A DNA stretch of 64,000 nt from an uncultured Verrucomicrobiae bacterium (lineage in GTDB: Bacteria > Verrucomicrobiota > Verrucomicrobiia > Chthoniobacterales > Terrimicrobiaceae). Positions 30,668-41,623 of this stretch are shown one piece after another. The stretch's first letter is position 1; each line of letters begins with the position of its first letter. Made by a program: the position numbers and the translations under genes. The DNA lies in the NCBI GenBank assembly GCA_963706955.1, contig CAVPOC010000008.1:480001-544000 (forward strand), written 5' to 3'. The notes beneath the pieces were generated by a model that saw nothing but the letters and a program-made list of their open reading frames with translations, did no database searches and had not been told where the DNA came from.

Positions 30668-31576
30668 CCTTTCTGCTCGCTTTTTTCATCACCCTGATTG
30701 CGTGCCTAATTCTTGTGCCGCTGCTGACCGCTTTGGGAAAGTTCTTCTGTCTATTCGCCATCGTCCAGGAATGCGAAGCCCACGTTTTTCTGCTCTTCGG
30801 ACGCGTGATTGGCGTCATCGACGAACCCGGCCTGCATCTTCTCGCCTTGAAGATCGGCCCGCATGCGCTCCTCATCCGCTTTTTCGGCGCAGTGCGCCGC
30901 GTCGACTTGCGCCTCGATCAAGAATACTTGCGCAGCGAGCCGGTCAACTCGGAGGAAGGCACACCGATGGGAATCGGTGTGTGGTACGAAATGCGCGTAG
31001 GCAATCCGCGCCGATTACCTGTTCCGCAACACTGATCCGCGCGGCTCGTTGCGCGCCAATGTTCGCAATGCCACCGTCCGCTGCCTGAGCAACATGCCTC
31101 TGCAAAATCTTCTCGAGGACCGCCACAAGATGAGCCGCCGGGTTCGGGAGGAAGTCTCGCCGAAATCAGAGGCTTGGGGGTTCCACCTGGGATCAGTTTA
31201 CATCCGCAAGGTCCACTTTCGAGACGATCAGATGATCCATCAAATCGAGCAGAAAGTGGTCAATCGACTTCGACAGGTCACCTCGGCGATACGTCAACAA
31301 GGCGCCAACCAGGTGGCAGTCATCAAGAGCGGCGCGGAACGCACGGCCGCGGCCGAATTCGCGCACGCCGCCGCGGTGCGCCCGTATCTCGTCGGCAAGG
31401 CCATCCAGGAGATCGCCAAGGACAAGGAAATCCTCGAGACGGTCTTTCAGATTCTCGAAACCGAGAAAATGCTCGATGGCGATGTCGATTTGACACTCGT
31501 CCCACGCGACAGCCTGTTCGCACGCCTTCTCGCGACGCAAGGCGTTCCTCTACCAACCGCCCCCGCGCCGCAGTAG
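30664..31576 (+). CDS. second SPFH domain protein with a frameshift near 31005
   Basis: TM segment, LFGRVIGVIDEPGLH and WGFHLGSVYIRKV; ATGA overlap with the previous gene. Confidence 0.85.
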
Positions 31577-31611
31577 AAAAGCACGGTATTTCCCGTTACG
31601 GTTGACTCGTA

Positions 31612-33012
31612 ATGGAGTCGGTGGCACGCAAGATCGTTCAGCGTCTGAGAGAGGCCGGTCATCAGGCCTTCTTTGCGGGAGGTTGTGTTCGTGACTCCTT
31701 AATGGGCAAAACGCCGCATGACTTCGACATTGCCACCTCTGCCCGGCCCGAAGAGGTTCAGGCGCTCTTTCCGCGAACCATTCCCGTGGGCGCGCAGTTC
31801 GGTGTCGTTCTGGTGGTTGAAGAGGGTCGGGACTACCAGGTGGCGACCTTCCGTTCCGATGGGACCTATCTCGACGGCCGCCATCCCCGAACCGTGACCT
31901 TCACCTCTCCGGAAGGAGACGCCAAGCGCCGGGATTTCACCATTAACGGCCTCTTCTACGATCCGATCGAAGGAAAAGTGCTGGACTTTGTCGGCGGGCG
32001 CGACGGACCTCGAGACCCGCACTCTGCGCGCGATCGGAAATCCCGCGGAGCGCTTCGCTGAAGATAAATTGCGCCTTCTGCGGGCGGTGCGCCTCGCCAC
32101 CGTGCTCGACTTCACCATCGAGGCTGGCACTTGGAATGCACTCTGCGCCGAGGTCGAGACCATTCACGACGTCAGCGCCGAACGTGTCCGAGACGAACTG
32201 GTCAAGATTTTTGCCTCACCTCAACGGCTACGCGGATTCGACCTACTGGATGCCAGCGGATTGATGGCGGAGATCCTGCCGGAAATGCTTTCCCTAAAAG
32301 GCTGCGAACAGCCGCCGGATTTCCATCCAGAAGGCGACGTGTTCGTCCATACGCGGCTGATGCTTGCGTTCCTGCCCGACAGAGGCCTCCGTGCCTCTGG
32401 TCTTGGCAACACTCTTCCATGACCTGGGCAAGCCACCGACAATGGAACGCGACCAAACCGGACGCATCCGCTTCAGCGGGCATGAATCGGTGAGCGCGCA
32501 AATGACCGAGGAAATCATGCGGCGACTGCGTTTTTCGAATGAGGAAATCGAGGCAACCACAGCCATGGTCCAAAATCACATGGTCTTCAAGGATGTCCAA
32601 AATATGCGCGTCTCGCGCCTCAAGCGCTTCCTGGCGCGTCCAACCTTCGACGACGAGCTCGAACTGCATCGGGTCGATTGCCTGGCAAGCCACGGCAATC
32701 TTGACAACTACGAATTTCTGAAACTCCGTCGCGAAGAACTTGCCAGTGAACCACTTATCCCACCGCCACTCCTCACCGGCCATGACCTCATCGCCCTTGG
32801 GGTGGAAGCCAGGACCAAAGTTCAAGACCGTCCTCGACGCCGTCCAAGTGCGGCAGCTCGAAGGGATCCTGCGCACCCGCGAAGAGGCCATCTCCTGGGT
32901 GGAAAAGGAGTTCGCGGCCAACACCCCTGGAGTAGAGCGCCACTCGGGGTCTCGCCGGGATGTGAATCTGGCGCTTCCGAGATTTCCTCTTTCAACCCTA
33001 AAGCGGTCCTGA
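31612..33012 (+). CDS. cca: CCA tRNA nucleotidyltransferase with HD domain; about three frameshifts
   Basis: GGCVRD...DFDIAT, RRDFTIN, EDKLRLLRAVR, QPPDFHPEGDV, HDLGKP and LGWKPGP spread over four ORF pieces. Confidence 0.85.
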
Positions 33013-33077
33013 TAGAGAAGGAAGCTGGCAGTTGAACGTTGGTTTGCTTGCCTTATATTAGTTAATCTAATATCAAA

Positions 33078-33821
33078 ATGTCTGTCTCCTCCGCTTCCAC
33101 TACGACCTCCCCAGGAATTTCGAATGCATTAATTCGCTGGATTTTTTCCTCCATCGGCAAGAAGACCGTTGTCGCAGTCACTGGCATCGTCCTGGTGCTC
33201 TTTGTCATCGGACACATGATTGGCAACATGACGGTGTTCTTTGGCCCTGATACAATTAACGCATACGCGATGCATCTTCGCGATCTGGGTCCACTACTTT
33301 GGCTGATACGGCTCTTCATGTTGACCTCGGTGGTCCTCCACATTTGGTTCACGATGCTGGTGTGGAAGGAAAATGTGGAAGCTCATCCTCAGAAGTATGC
33401 AGTTTTCGCTCCGATGAAGACGACGATCTTCGCGCGGACGATGCGCCTCACCGGTCTGATCCTCCTGGCTTTCATTGTGTTTCATCTGGCCCATTTCACG
33501 CTGCTCCTCGTCGATCCCGGCTACGCCAATTACCACACAGATCTCCATGGGAGAGAAGTGCACGATGTCTACCGAATGGTCATTGTCGGTTTCCGCAATC
33601 CGTTCGTCAGCCTTTTCTACATCGTGGCCATGGCGCTTCTGGCATTCCACCTGAGTCACGGGGTCGCGAGCTTGTTCCAGACCTTGGGCGTCACGGACCA
33701 GAGGATGCGGTTCTATTACGAGACTGGAGGGCAAATCCTGGCCTGGATCCTCTTCGTCGGATATGTCGCGATACCGGTTTCGATCCTTGTCTTTGGCTTG
33801 GGCAACGGAGTTGTAAAATGA
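33078..33821 (+). CDS. sdhC: succinate dehydrogenase/fumarate reductase cytochrome b subunit
   Basis: SSIGKK..VAVTG...HMIGN, HLAHF and HLSHG..S.FQTLG. Confidence 0.93.
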   Translation: MSVSSASTTTSPGISNALIRWIFSSIGKKTVVAVTGIVLVLFVIGHMIGNMTVFFGPDTINAYAMHLRDLGPLLWLIRLFMLTSVVLHIWFTMLVWKENVEAHPQKYAVFAPMKTTIFARTMRLTGLILLAFIVFHLAHFTLLLVDPGYANYHTDLHGREVHDVYRMVIVGFRNPFVSLFYIVAMALLAFHLSHGVASLFQTLGVTDQRMRFYYETGGQILAWILFVGYVAIPVSILVFGLGNGVVK

Positions 33822-35737
33822 CACTCGACGCACACATGCCTCCTGGTCCGCTGGAAAGAAAATGGACGACCTACAAGAATAACGCCAAGATCATTAGCCC
33901 GGCAAACAAGCGGAAGTTCAAGCTGATCATCGTGGGAAGCGGATTAGCGGGAGGCGCAGCTGCGGCGACACTTGGCGAGCAGGGATTCAATATCGAATGT
34001 TTCTGCTATCAGGACAGCGCGCGCCGCGCCCACTCGATTGCCGCACAAGGGGGAATTAACGCGGCCAAGAACTATCAGAACGACGGCGACAGCGTCTATC
34101 GGCTCTTCTACGACACTATCAAGGGCGGAGACTTCCGCGCGCGGGAGGCGAATGTCTACCGTCTGGCGGAGGTCAGCGCCTCGATCATCGATCAGTGCGT
34201 GGCGCAAGGGGTTCCATTTGCACGCGAATACGGCGGTCTTTTGGCCAATCGTTCCTTTGGAGGCGCGCAGGTCTCACGCACATTCTATGCGCGCGGCCAG
34301 ACTGGCCAGCAGCTTCTTTTGGGCGCATATCAGGCGCTTTGCGCACAGATCACCGCCGGCCAGGTGAAGATGTTCCCGCGCACCGAAATGCTCGATCTCG
34401 TCATTGTCGATGGACATGCCAAGGGCATCGTCGTTCGGGACATGGTGAGCGGCGAGATTCGCAGCCATGCCGGTGACGCAGTCCTGCTCTGCACGGGTGG
34501 TTACGGCAATGTCTTTTACCTCTCCACCAATGCCAAAGGCTGCAATGTGACCGCCACGTTCCGCGCCTACAAGCGTGGCGCATTGTTTGCCAATCCCTGT
34601 TACACCCAAATTCACCCCACTTGCATCCCGGTGGCCGGAGACTATCAATCGAAACTTACCCTGATGAGCGAGTCGCTCCGCAACGACGGCCGGGTCTGGG
34701 TTCCCAAGCGTAAGGAGGATTGCAACAAGCCTCCTCACGAAATTCCGGAGGAGGCGCGCGACTACTATCTTGAGCGTAAGTATCCAAGCTATGGAAATCT
34801 GGCGCCGCGCGATATTTCCTCCCGCAGCGCGAAGGAAGCCTGTGACGAGGGCAGAGGAATCGGTCCGGGCGGGCTTGGCGTTTACCTTGACTTCTCCGAT
34901 GCGATCAAGCGCCTCGGGCGGAGTGTTGTCGAGGAGCGTTACAGCAATCTCTTCGAAATGTATGAAAACATCACCGGCGAAAATGCTTTTGAACGGCCCA
35001 TGCGCATTTACCCGGCCGTCCATTACACCATGGGAGGATCGTGGGTGGACTACAATTTGATGAGCAACGTTCCCGGTCTGCACGTCATGGGCGAAGCAAA
35101 CTTCTCCGACCACGGCGCCAATCGCCTCGGCGCCTCGGCACTGATGCAAGGTCTCGCCGACGGCTATTTCGTGATCCCCTATACCATCGGCAACTATCTC
35201 GCCGGCGAATTCAACAAAAAGCGTCCCCAGCCCAGCGATCCCGCATTCCAGCAAACGGAAAAGGAGGTCCGCGAACGCGTTCAGCGCCTGCTCAGTATCA
35301 ATGGCACCCGAACTGTCGACAGCTTCCACCGGGAGCTTGGCCTCCTCATGTGGGACAAATGCGGGATGGCCCGCGATAAGGCTGGCCTGGAGGAAGCCAT
35401 CGCCCGGATGCCCAAGCTCCGTGACGAATTCTGGTCGAATGTCAAAGTTCTTGGCGCCGGGGAAAACATCAACCAATCGCTGGAAAAGGCCGGACGGGTC
35501 GCCGATTTCCTCGAGTTCGGCGAACTGATGTGTCGCGATGCCTTAGATCGCAATGAATCGTGTGGCGGGCACTTCCGTGTCGAATATCAAACTCCGGAAG
35601 GCGAGGCGCTGCGCGATGACGAGAATTACGCCCACGTCTCCGCGTGGAAGTACGAAGGCCCAGACAAGGAACCAACGAGGATCAAAGAACCGCTCGTCTA
35701 TGAAACCGTGAAACTGGCGACGAGAAGCTATAAGTAG
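33818..35737 (+). CDS. sdhA: succinate dehydrogenase/fumarate reductase flavoprotein subunit
   Basis: [27 protein letters not shown] and [15 protein letters not shown] overlap with sdhC. Confidence 0.97.
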   Translation: MTLDAHMPPGPLERKWTTYKNNAKIISPANKRKFKLIIVGSGLAGGAAAATLGEQGFNIECFCYQDSARRAHSIAAQGGINAAKNYQNDGDSVYRLFYDTIKGGDFRAREANVYRLAEVSASIIDQCVAQGVPFAREYGGLLANRSFGGAQVSRTFYARGQTGQQLLLGAYQALCAQITAGQVKMFPRTEMLDLVIVDGHAKGIVVRDMVSGEIRSHAGDAVLLCTGGYGNVFYLSTNAKGCNVTATFRAYKRGALFANPCYTQIHPTCIPVAGDYQSKLTLMSESLRNDGRVWVPKRKEDCNKPPHEIPEEARDYYLERKYPSYGNLAPRDISSRSAKEACDEGRGIGPGGLGVYLDFSDAIKRLGRSVVEERYSNLFEMYENITGENAFERPMRIYPAVHYTMGGSWVDYNLMSNVPGLHVMGEANFSDHGANRLGASALMQGLADGYFVIPYTIGNYLAGEFNKKRPQPSDPAFQQTEKEVRERVQRLLSINGTRTVDSFHRELGLLMWDKCGMARDKAGLEEAIARMPKLRDEFWSNVKVLGAGENINQSLEKAGRVADFLEFGELMCRDALDRNESCGGHFRVEYQTPEGEALRDDENYAHVSAWKYEGPDKEPTRIKEPLVYETVKLATRSYK

Positions 35738-35766
35738 GTTGATGGCTGAGAGTTGATGGTTGATGG
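35737..35766 (+). repeat. heptamer tandem repeat (GGTTGAT-type), left flank of the four-helix-bundle gene
   Basis: ggttgat ggctgag agttgat ggttgat gg. Confidence 0.9.
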
Positions 35767-35784
35767 ACACTTCCAAAGCAGCTC

Positions 35785-36138
35785 ATGTTTAACTTTGAAA
35801 AATTAGAAGCTTGGCAGCGAGCCGTTGATTTTGCGGATCTCGTTTACGCCACAACACGCGGCTTTCCGCGCGAGGAACTATTCGGGCTTGCGATGCAGAT
35901 GCGGAGGGCTGCTGTCTCAGTGTCTTCGAATTTAGCGGAGGGAAGTTCGCGGTCCTCGCGCGTGGACTTCGCCAGATTTACCGAGATCGCTACCGGCTCA
36001 CTCTTCGAGGTGATTTCACAGAGCGTTATCGCAAAGCGCCAAGGACTTCTTAGTGAAACGGATTATCTTAAGGCCTATCAAGCCGCCGAAAAGCTCGGAA
36101 GAATGTTGAGTGGGCTTCGAGGTTCGCTGCTTTCGTGA
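35785..36138 (+). CDS. four helix bundle protein (23S rRNA IVP / TIGR02436-like family)
   Basis: [10 protein letters not shown]...[27 protein letters not shown]...F..IA.GSL.E. Confidence 0.95.
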   Translation: MFNFEKLEAWQRAVDFADLVYATTRGFPREELFGLAMQMRRAAVSVSSNLAEGSSRSSRVDFARFTEIATGSLFEVISQSVIAKRQGLLSETDYLKAYQAAEKLGRMLSGLRGSLLS

Positions 36139-36149
36139 TGAGCGCGTCG

Positions 36150-36180
36150 ATCAACCATCAACAATCAACCATCAACTCTC
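36150..36180 (+). repeat. heptamer tandem repeat (ATCAACC-type), right flank, inverted relative to the left
   Basis: atcaacc atcaaca atcaacc atcaact ctc; 36164-36180 is the exact reverse complement of 35748-35764. Confidence 0.9.
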
Positions 36181-36181
36181 C

Positions 36182-36940
36182 ATGAACTTTACTTTACGCG
36201 TTTGGCGCCAGAACGGGCCCAAGGAAAGCGGACGTTTCGAAGAGTACCCCGCGCATGATATCCCCGCGGATGCTTCCTTTCTGGAGATGTTAGACATTGT
36301 CAACGAAGGGCTGATCGAAAAGAACGTTGAGCCGATCGCCTTTGATCACGATTGCCGTGAAGGCATTTGCGGAACCTGCAGTCTCACCATCAACGGAGTG
36401 CCCCATGGTCCAGGCAGGGGCACGACATGTCAGCTTTACATGCGCAAGTTCCACGATCGCGATGTGATCACGGTGGAGCCATTTCGGGCGGCGCCGTTTC
36501 CGGTATTGCGTGATCTCACCGTCGACCGCAATGCCTTCGACCGCCTCATCCAGGCGGGCGGATTTATCACCGAGCGCTGCGGTGCGGCTCCGGATGCGAA
36601 TGCGCTCCCGATTCCTAAAACCATTGCCGACCTTTCCATGGACGCCGCTGCCTGCATCGGTTGCGGTGCATGCGCCGCTGCCTGCCCGAACAGCTCCGCG
36701 ATGCTCTTCGTCAGCGCTAAGACTGGTCACCTTGGCTTGCTGCCCCAAGGCAAAGCCGAAAAGTACCGCCGAATTCTTAAGATGGTTCGCACCATGGACG
36801 AAGAAGGCTTTGGCAATTGCTCGAACTATTATGCATGTGAAGCTGTCTGCCCGGCCGGCATTCCGGCGGCATTTATTGCGCGGTTAAATCGTGACTACAC
36901 CGTGGCCGCGGCGAGAGAATCGGTCGGCGCGACATATTAG
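36182..36940 (+). CDS. sdhB: succinate dehydrogenase/fumarate reductase iron-sulfur subunit
   Basis: [21 protein letters not shown] and [12 protein letters not shown]. Confidence 0.96.
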   Translation: MNFTLRVWRQNGPKESGRFEEYPAHDIPADASFLEMLDIVNEGLIEKNVEPIAFDHDCREGICGTCSLTINGVPHGPGRGTTCQLYMRKFHDRDVITVEPFRAAPFPVLRDLTVDRNAFDRLIQAGGFITERCGAAPDANALPIPKTIADLSMDAAACIGCGACAAACPNSSAMLFVSAKTGHLGLLPQGKAEKYRRILKMVRTMDEEGFGNCSNYYACEAVCPAGIPAAFIARLNRDYTVAAARESVGATY

Positions 36941-36974
36941 TTTCCATCACTCCTTCGTTGCTGCGGCGGGGTAA

Positions 36975-38042
36975 TTGCTTTACCTGATTGCCCCTGTGAT
37001 CCCGGTTTCGGACACGCAAGCGAAGCAGACGAATGGCCCGCCGGCGGCCGGGTTCTCGCTATTGCACCATTCGCTCACAGTCCTGCAGGTCGCCGTCACC
37101 GTGGGGTTGCTTTGGTGGCTCTTTCATGATCCTGAGCGTCGCGGCGTGATGGCCGCGGCATTGAAGGTGGCCGATTGGCGTTGGATCATGCTGGCCATTG
37201 TCGCAGCGGGAATTTGCGAGTTCTTTGGGATCCTTCGCTGGCAGCTTTTCCTGCGCATGCTGCACATCGAAGTTGCCGCTGCGCAAAACTTCGAATTTGT
37301 TCTTCATTGGCGCATTCTTTAATCAATTTCTTCCCGGCACGACCGGCGGAGACGTCATCCGAGTTATTTTTCTTATGCAAGATCATCCGGAGAACAAGAC
37401 GGAGGGATTTTAAGTGTCGCCGTGGACCGTCTGCTGGCGGTGCTGGTGTTGGTGATCATGGGGCTGCTCTTTGCCTGGATGCGTAGCGACTGGTTCGCGA
37501 GCAGTTTTGCGGTCGGCCACCTGATGAAGTGGTTCGCGATTACCCTCTTCGTGATGGCCCTCGCACTGGTGGCTTCGTTTGTTTTGACCAGCCGTCACCT
37601 GGTCACTCTGCTCCCGAGGCGTTTTCCATTTCGCAGGCAAATTATTAAGCTTTCCAGGATTTGGCAGCTCTGCCTGGAGAATCGCCGCGAAGCTCTCCTG
37701 GGGACCATCTACACGGTCCCGATGCTGTTAGCTTATTTTGCAGCCTTCTGCTTTGCTGCGAAAGCCTTCACCGACAAAGTAAGCTTCTGGGATATGACAT
37801 CGATCATGCCTCTGGTGACGGCGATTTCTTCCCTGCCGATCAGCCTCAATGGAATCGGCGTGCGCGAGGCACTCTTCGAGGAATTACTGGCGGAACTCTG
37901 CGGCGTTTCACGCGGCACGGGACTCTTAATTTCCATCGCCGGAATGACCGTCTATCTACTTTGGGGATTGGTCGGCGGGTTCTTCTATCTTGGACGCATC
38001 ACCCGGCGCTATCGCGCTTCCAGTGAGACGGCAGGGAAATAA
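36975..38042 (+). CDS. lysylphosphatidylglycerol synthase TM region (UPF0104) protein; two frameshifts
   Basis: RWQLFL, FFNQFLPGTTGGDV, DRLLA and LPISLNGIGVRE. Confidence 0.82.
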
Positions 38043-39840
38043 ATAGCCGCTGGCTCGACGCTCCACCAAAGGCCCGTTCGTCTCCCCTCGGCCATGGTAG
38101 TAAAGGTATAGCGGTCACTCAGCGCCCTCACGAAGCGTGGCGGATTGTTCCCGAAGGGATTCTCCTCGAGCAAATCGGAGACGGCAGGTGAACCCTCGAG
38201 TGAGACGCTCGAGAAAGCGCAAGAACCACGGGATTTTGCTCAGCTGTTCCTAAGGCCGCAAACCACATTTGCCAATCGAGCCGCGGCATGTAGGGAGCGA
38301 CCCACGGGGGAGCGCGCCGCGGGTCGCCCGGTTTGAAACGGAAAGCATAGGCTTTCCAAGTAGCTCCGTCATCCGATCCCTGGACCAAAATTTCCCTGCG
38401 CTCCTTGGTCATGACGGCGAAAAGCCCATAGCCATTAATAGTGCGAAACGGAGCCACCGCTTGATAAGCCATCACCAGCGGCCCGAGTAAAGGCATTGGT
38501 CGACGGAACGCAGCCGCCAGCGGCACCAAGCTCAACAGAACGATCGCAAGCGCCCCCGCAAGAACAAGCTTCCTCGGGATAAAACGCGCCGGGTGGACGC
38601 GTTCACGATGGAGTTGCCGCTTTGATGAGGTCACTTGCCTCCAGACCGCATCGTCCACGCACATCAAACAGAGGACCAGCGTCAACAGATTGAAGAATCC
38701 ATAATTGCCGGTAAGCGCGATCAAGAGCTGAAGCGTTGCGATGCCTCCCACCGCGAACAATCGAGCGCGTCTCGGCCCAAAAAGAAAAAAAGGCAGCACC
38801 AGTTCGATGGCAAACATCGTCCAGACGCTAATCGTCTGCCAAATGATGGGTAACTGTTGGGCATACCAGGCGGGCGGAGTCGGAAGAGGCTGCGTGAAAT
38901 AGTGGTATTCAAGCGCAGTCCCATCGACCCAAGCTGGATCCCCACTCGTTAGCTTGACCACGCCGGAGGCGAAAATAAGTCGAAACAACAACCAGACGAG
39001 TAAGAAGCGTGCGGCACGTGGCGGATTGGCAGGGCTTCCCAAACGCGGAGTCAGTGGCGCCAGAAAGATGCTCATGAATCCCGCTTCGAGCAGCAGGATG
39101 TCCCACTGGTATTGATAGAACTGCTGTCCGGCAATCGTGAGCGAAAGGTAGTCGAACCATAGGAATACCAGGCAGGGCAACGGCACGAATCCAACAATCA
39201 AAGCGAGGGACGCAATAATCCCGGCACCAGACCAGGCATAGAGCGCTGTCTCGCCGGCGCCCAACCAGCAGATACTAGGAAACTGCAGGAACCCAGCCTC
39301 CCCGAGAATTTCGCGGACTCTGTCAAAAAACTCAGGGGCGGGAAGAATTCCCTTTGCTCCATTCAGTCCGGAAAGCTGAAGCAAATAGGAAGCAAACGCC
39401 AAGAGATACACCACGCCGAGCAGCCGCAGGAATAACCAACTGGAGATCGCAAATGTTGGCACTCGCACATCTGCACCCCAAAGGACTTGAGTCCCCCGGG
39501 AAAAGAGAATCCGATTCCGGGCAACCACACCATAAGCCGCGTCCGCGCTCCGGGCGAACCAAGGCTTCTCGTTGTAGAGCGAGAGAAGTGTCCGCCCGCT
39601 CCCAGAAGCCGTCGCCAGCGCTGCAAAAACCGCCGGCGCGCCCGACAATCGTTCGCCATTGGCTCCTACCCACTGGACCGCTTCATTTGATTCCTGCTCT
39701 GCGACCTCCGGGAATTCCGCAGCCGCCTCTTGGGACGTGACGTAGCGAACCCGCTCGCCAGTCGTCGCACGCCAGCGCTCGACCCACCGGGCGCAGAACT
39801 TGCAGTCGCCATCATAAATCAGGGTCGGAGGCTGCGCCAT
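38009..39840 (-). CDS. lipase maturation factor family protein with N-terminal DCC1/DUF393 domain; frameshifts near the 3' end
   Basis: YDGDCKFC; FLRLLG, QWDILLLEAG, GVVKL..GD, HYFTQPLP, GNYGFFN and PRLDWQMWFAA; natural C-terminus continues to a stop at 38009. Confidence 0.88.
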
Positions 39841-39955
39841 GGGCAGTCCACGCTCGGCGCTCGGCTCTGAACATTCAATGCAAAAGCTGGCGAGTGCGCC
39901 GGTCGAGCCCTCCACCTAACTTGGACGTTGAAGGTTATCCCATAAGAGCTGAGAA

Positions 39956-40744
39956 TTGGCCCCTGTGACCTCACTTGACTGGCTCGAACGCCATCTCTCT
40001 CGTTTCGCTATTCCGCGGCTCATTCGGTATGTCGTCGCCCTCAACGCGCTCGTCTTCATCCTGCTAACCCTCGACCCGAAGTATGTCTCAGTGCTGGTCC
40101 TCGACCGCGACGCCATTCTTCAAGGTCAGGTTTGGAGACTCGTCAGTTGGATCTTCATTCCTGATACGCTTAGCCCGATCTGGGTAATTTTTTACCTGAT
40201 GGTTGTTTGGTGGACAGGCGAGCTGCTTGAGGGCACTTGGGGAACATTCCGACTGAACGCCTACTATTTCTTAGGCATGTTCTTCTGCGTCGCCTCGGCG
40301 CTGATTTTCGGCGCTTCCGGCGGCAACATGTTTCTCAACCTCTCTTTATTCCTCGCAGTGGCGACACTCGCGCCGAACATGGAGATTCTTTTCCTGCTCG
40401 TCATCCCACTTAAACTGAAGTGGGTTGCCCTCATCAGCTTACTCTGGCCGGCCTACATCCTTGTGACGGGTTCGCTGCCCGTTAAGATGATCGTCATCAT
40501 GTGCCTTGGCAATTACCTGATCTTTTTCGCTCCATCCATGATCAGGCGGTCGCGGGAAAATCGTCAAACCACGCAGCGGCGCGCCCGATTTGAAGCGGGC
40601 AAGGACCCTTCGCCAACTTTGCATCGCTGCGAAGCGTGCGGAATCACGGAAGCAACCGATCCCCACGCCGACTTTCGCGTGGCCAGCGATGGCAGAGAAT
40701 ACTGCACGCGCCATCTACCCAACGAAACCATCAAAGTCGGTTAG
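39956..40744 (+). CDS. conserved membrane protein (rhomboid-like fold) with C-terminal Cys/His motif
   Basis: GQVWRLVSWIFIP, LEGTWGTFRLNAYY and HRCEACG...EYCTRH. Confidence 0.75.
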   Translation: MAPVTSLDWLERHLSRFAIPRLIRYVVALNALVFILLTLDPKYVSVLVLDRDAILQGQVWRLVSWIFIPDTLSPIWVIFYLMVVWWTGELLEGTWGTFRLNAYYFLGMFFCVASALIFGASGGNMFLNLSLFLAVATLAPNMEILFLLVIPLKLKWVALISLLWPAYILVTGSLPVKMIVIMCLGNYLIFFAPSMIRRSRENRQTTQRRARFEAGKDPSPTLHRCEACGITEATDPHADFRVASDGREYCTRHLPNETIKVG

Positions 40745-41597
40745 CTTCTCCCTGTTGGGATATCGAAGCCTTCGTTTGGGCGATGAGGTCCTCCGGCGAG
40801 TAGCCTTGCGCTCGCAGGCCTCGCAAGCTCAGGGCCGCATTACGTTTGGCCAGCCGGCGTCCATCGTTATCCAGCAGAAGAGGACAATGAAAGAAGGTCG
40901 GCGGTTGAGCCTTAAGCGCTCGATAGATCAGGATTTGCCTTGCGGTCGAGGTGAGAAGGTCCGCTCCGCGGACAACTTCGGTGACCCCCATCGCCAGATC
41001 ATCAACGACAACAGCAAGCTCGTAGGCAGGTATATCATCTCGATTCCAGATAAGAAAATCCCCGAAATCGCGCGAGGCCATGCGGGTGATGGCGCCGTAG
41101 TTTCCATCGTGAAACGCGATCGACTCTCCGTCCGGAACGCGAAATCGCCAGTTGGTGCCGCGTGGTTCCAAGAGGTGCATCCCCTCCCCGACGGGTGTTC
41201 GCCATTCGATCGGAAAGATGGGCTCTTCCTCATGAGGAGCGAGAGCTGCCTCCGACACATCCCTTCGGGAGCGCAGGCAGGGATAAATGCAACCAGCATC
41301 GCGCAGTTTGCGCCAAGCGTTCAGGTAGAGCTCGCGTCTCTGGCTCTGATAAATGGGACCCTCGTGCCATTCGACTCCCAACCATTCGAGGTCTGCGATG
41401 GCGGCCTCGGCATAGCTGGGCTTGCAGCGCTGCGGATCCAGATCGTCAATCCGCAAATGGGTGAGGCCTTCGAATTGTCGCGAACGCTCGTGGGCTCTCC
41501 AGAAAGTGGCCGCATGTCCCAGATGAAGGTAGCCGGTCGGTGTCGGTGCGATCCGACCGCGATAGCCCGATCTTGGTATTGAAACACTGCCAGACAA
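40731..41597 (-). CDS. gluQ: glutamyl-Q tRNA(Asp) synthetase
   Basis: YRGRIAPTPTGYLHLGH, LRIDDLD, VVRGADLL and RLAKR; no anticodon-binding domain. Confidence 0.88.
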   Translation of the reverse strand: MSGSVSIPRSGYRGRIAPTPTGYLHLGHAATFWRAHERSRQFEGLTHLRIDDLDPQRCKPSYAEAAIADLEWLGVEWHEGPIYQSQRRELYLNAWRKLRDAGCIYPCLRSRRDVSEAALAPHEEEPIFPIEWRTPVGEGMHLLEPRGTNWRFRVPDGESIAFHDGNYGAITRMASRDFGDFLIWNRDDIPAYELAVVVDDLAMGVTEVVRGADLLTSTARQILIYRALKAQPPTFFHCPLLLDNDGRRLAKRNAALSLRGLRAQGYSPEDLIAQTKASISQQGEANRL

Positions 41598-41623
41598 GGA
41601 GACGCTTTTGCTCGGCCGAAATT

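Noticed and set aside
31612..33012. Programmed frameshifting in cca, SPFH or GH3 genes
   Set aside because: No consistent slippery sites were seen, and the indels are scattered over unrelated genes.
33299..33817. N-terminal extension of SdhA (812-aa ORF)
   Set aside because: It overlaps sdhC in another frame; the real start is the ATGA overlap at 33818.
34274..35476. Long antisense ORFs (also 40590-41582, 41540-42481, 49869-50669, 60686-61756)
   Set aside because: They are shadows of well-supported genes on the opposite strand in GC-rich DNA; only the first ~15 codons of 60686-61756 reflect the MFS duplicate.
35785..36138. Diversity-generating retroelement (Avd-like gene)
   Set aside because: No reverse transcriptase and no TR/VR pair with adenine-specific mismatches in the window.
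40981..40990. TGACCCC inside gluQ as a RAYT end motif
   Set aside because: It lies within conserved coding sequence (MGVT) without the extended flanking match, so it is likely chance.
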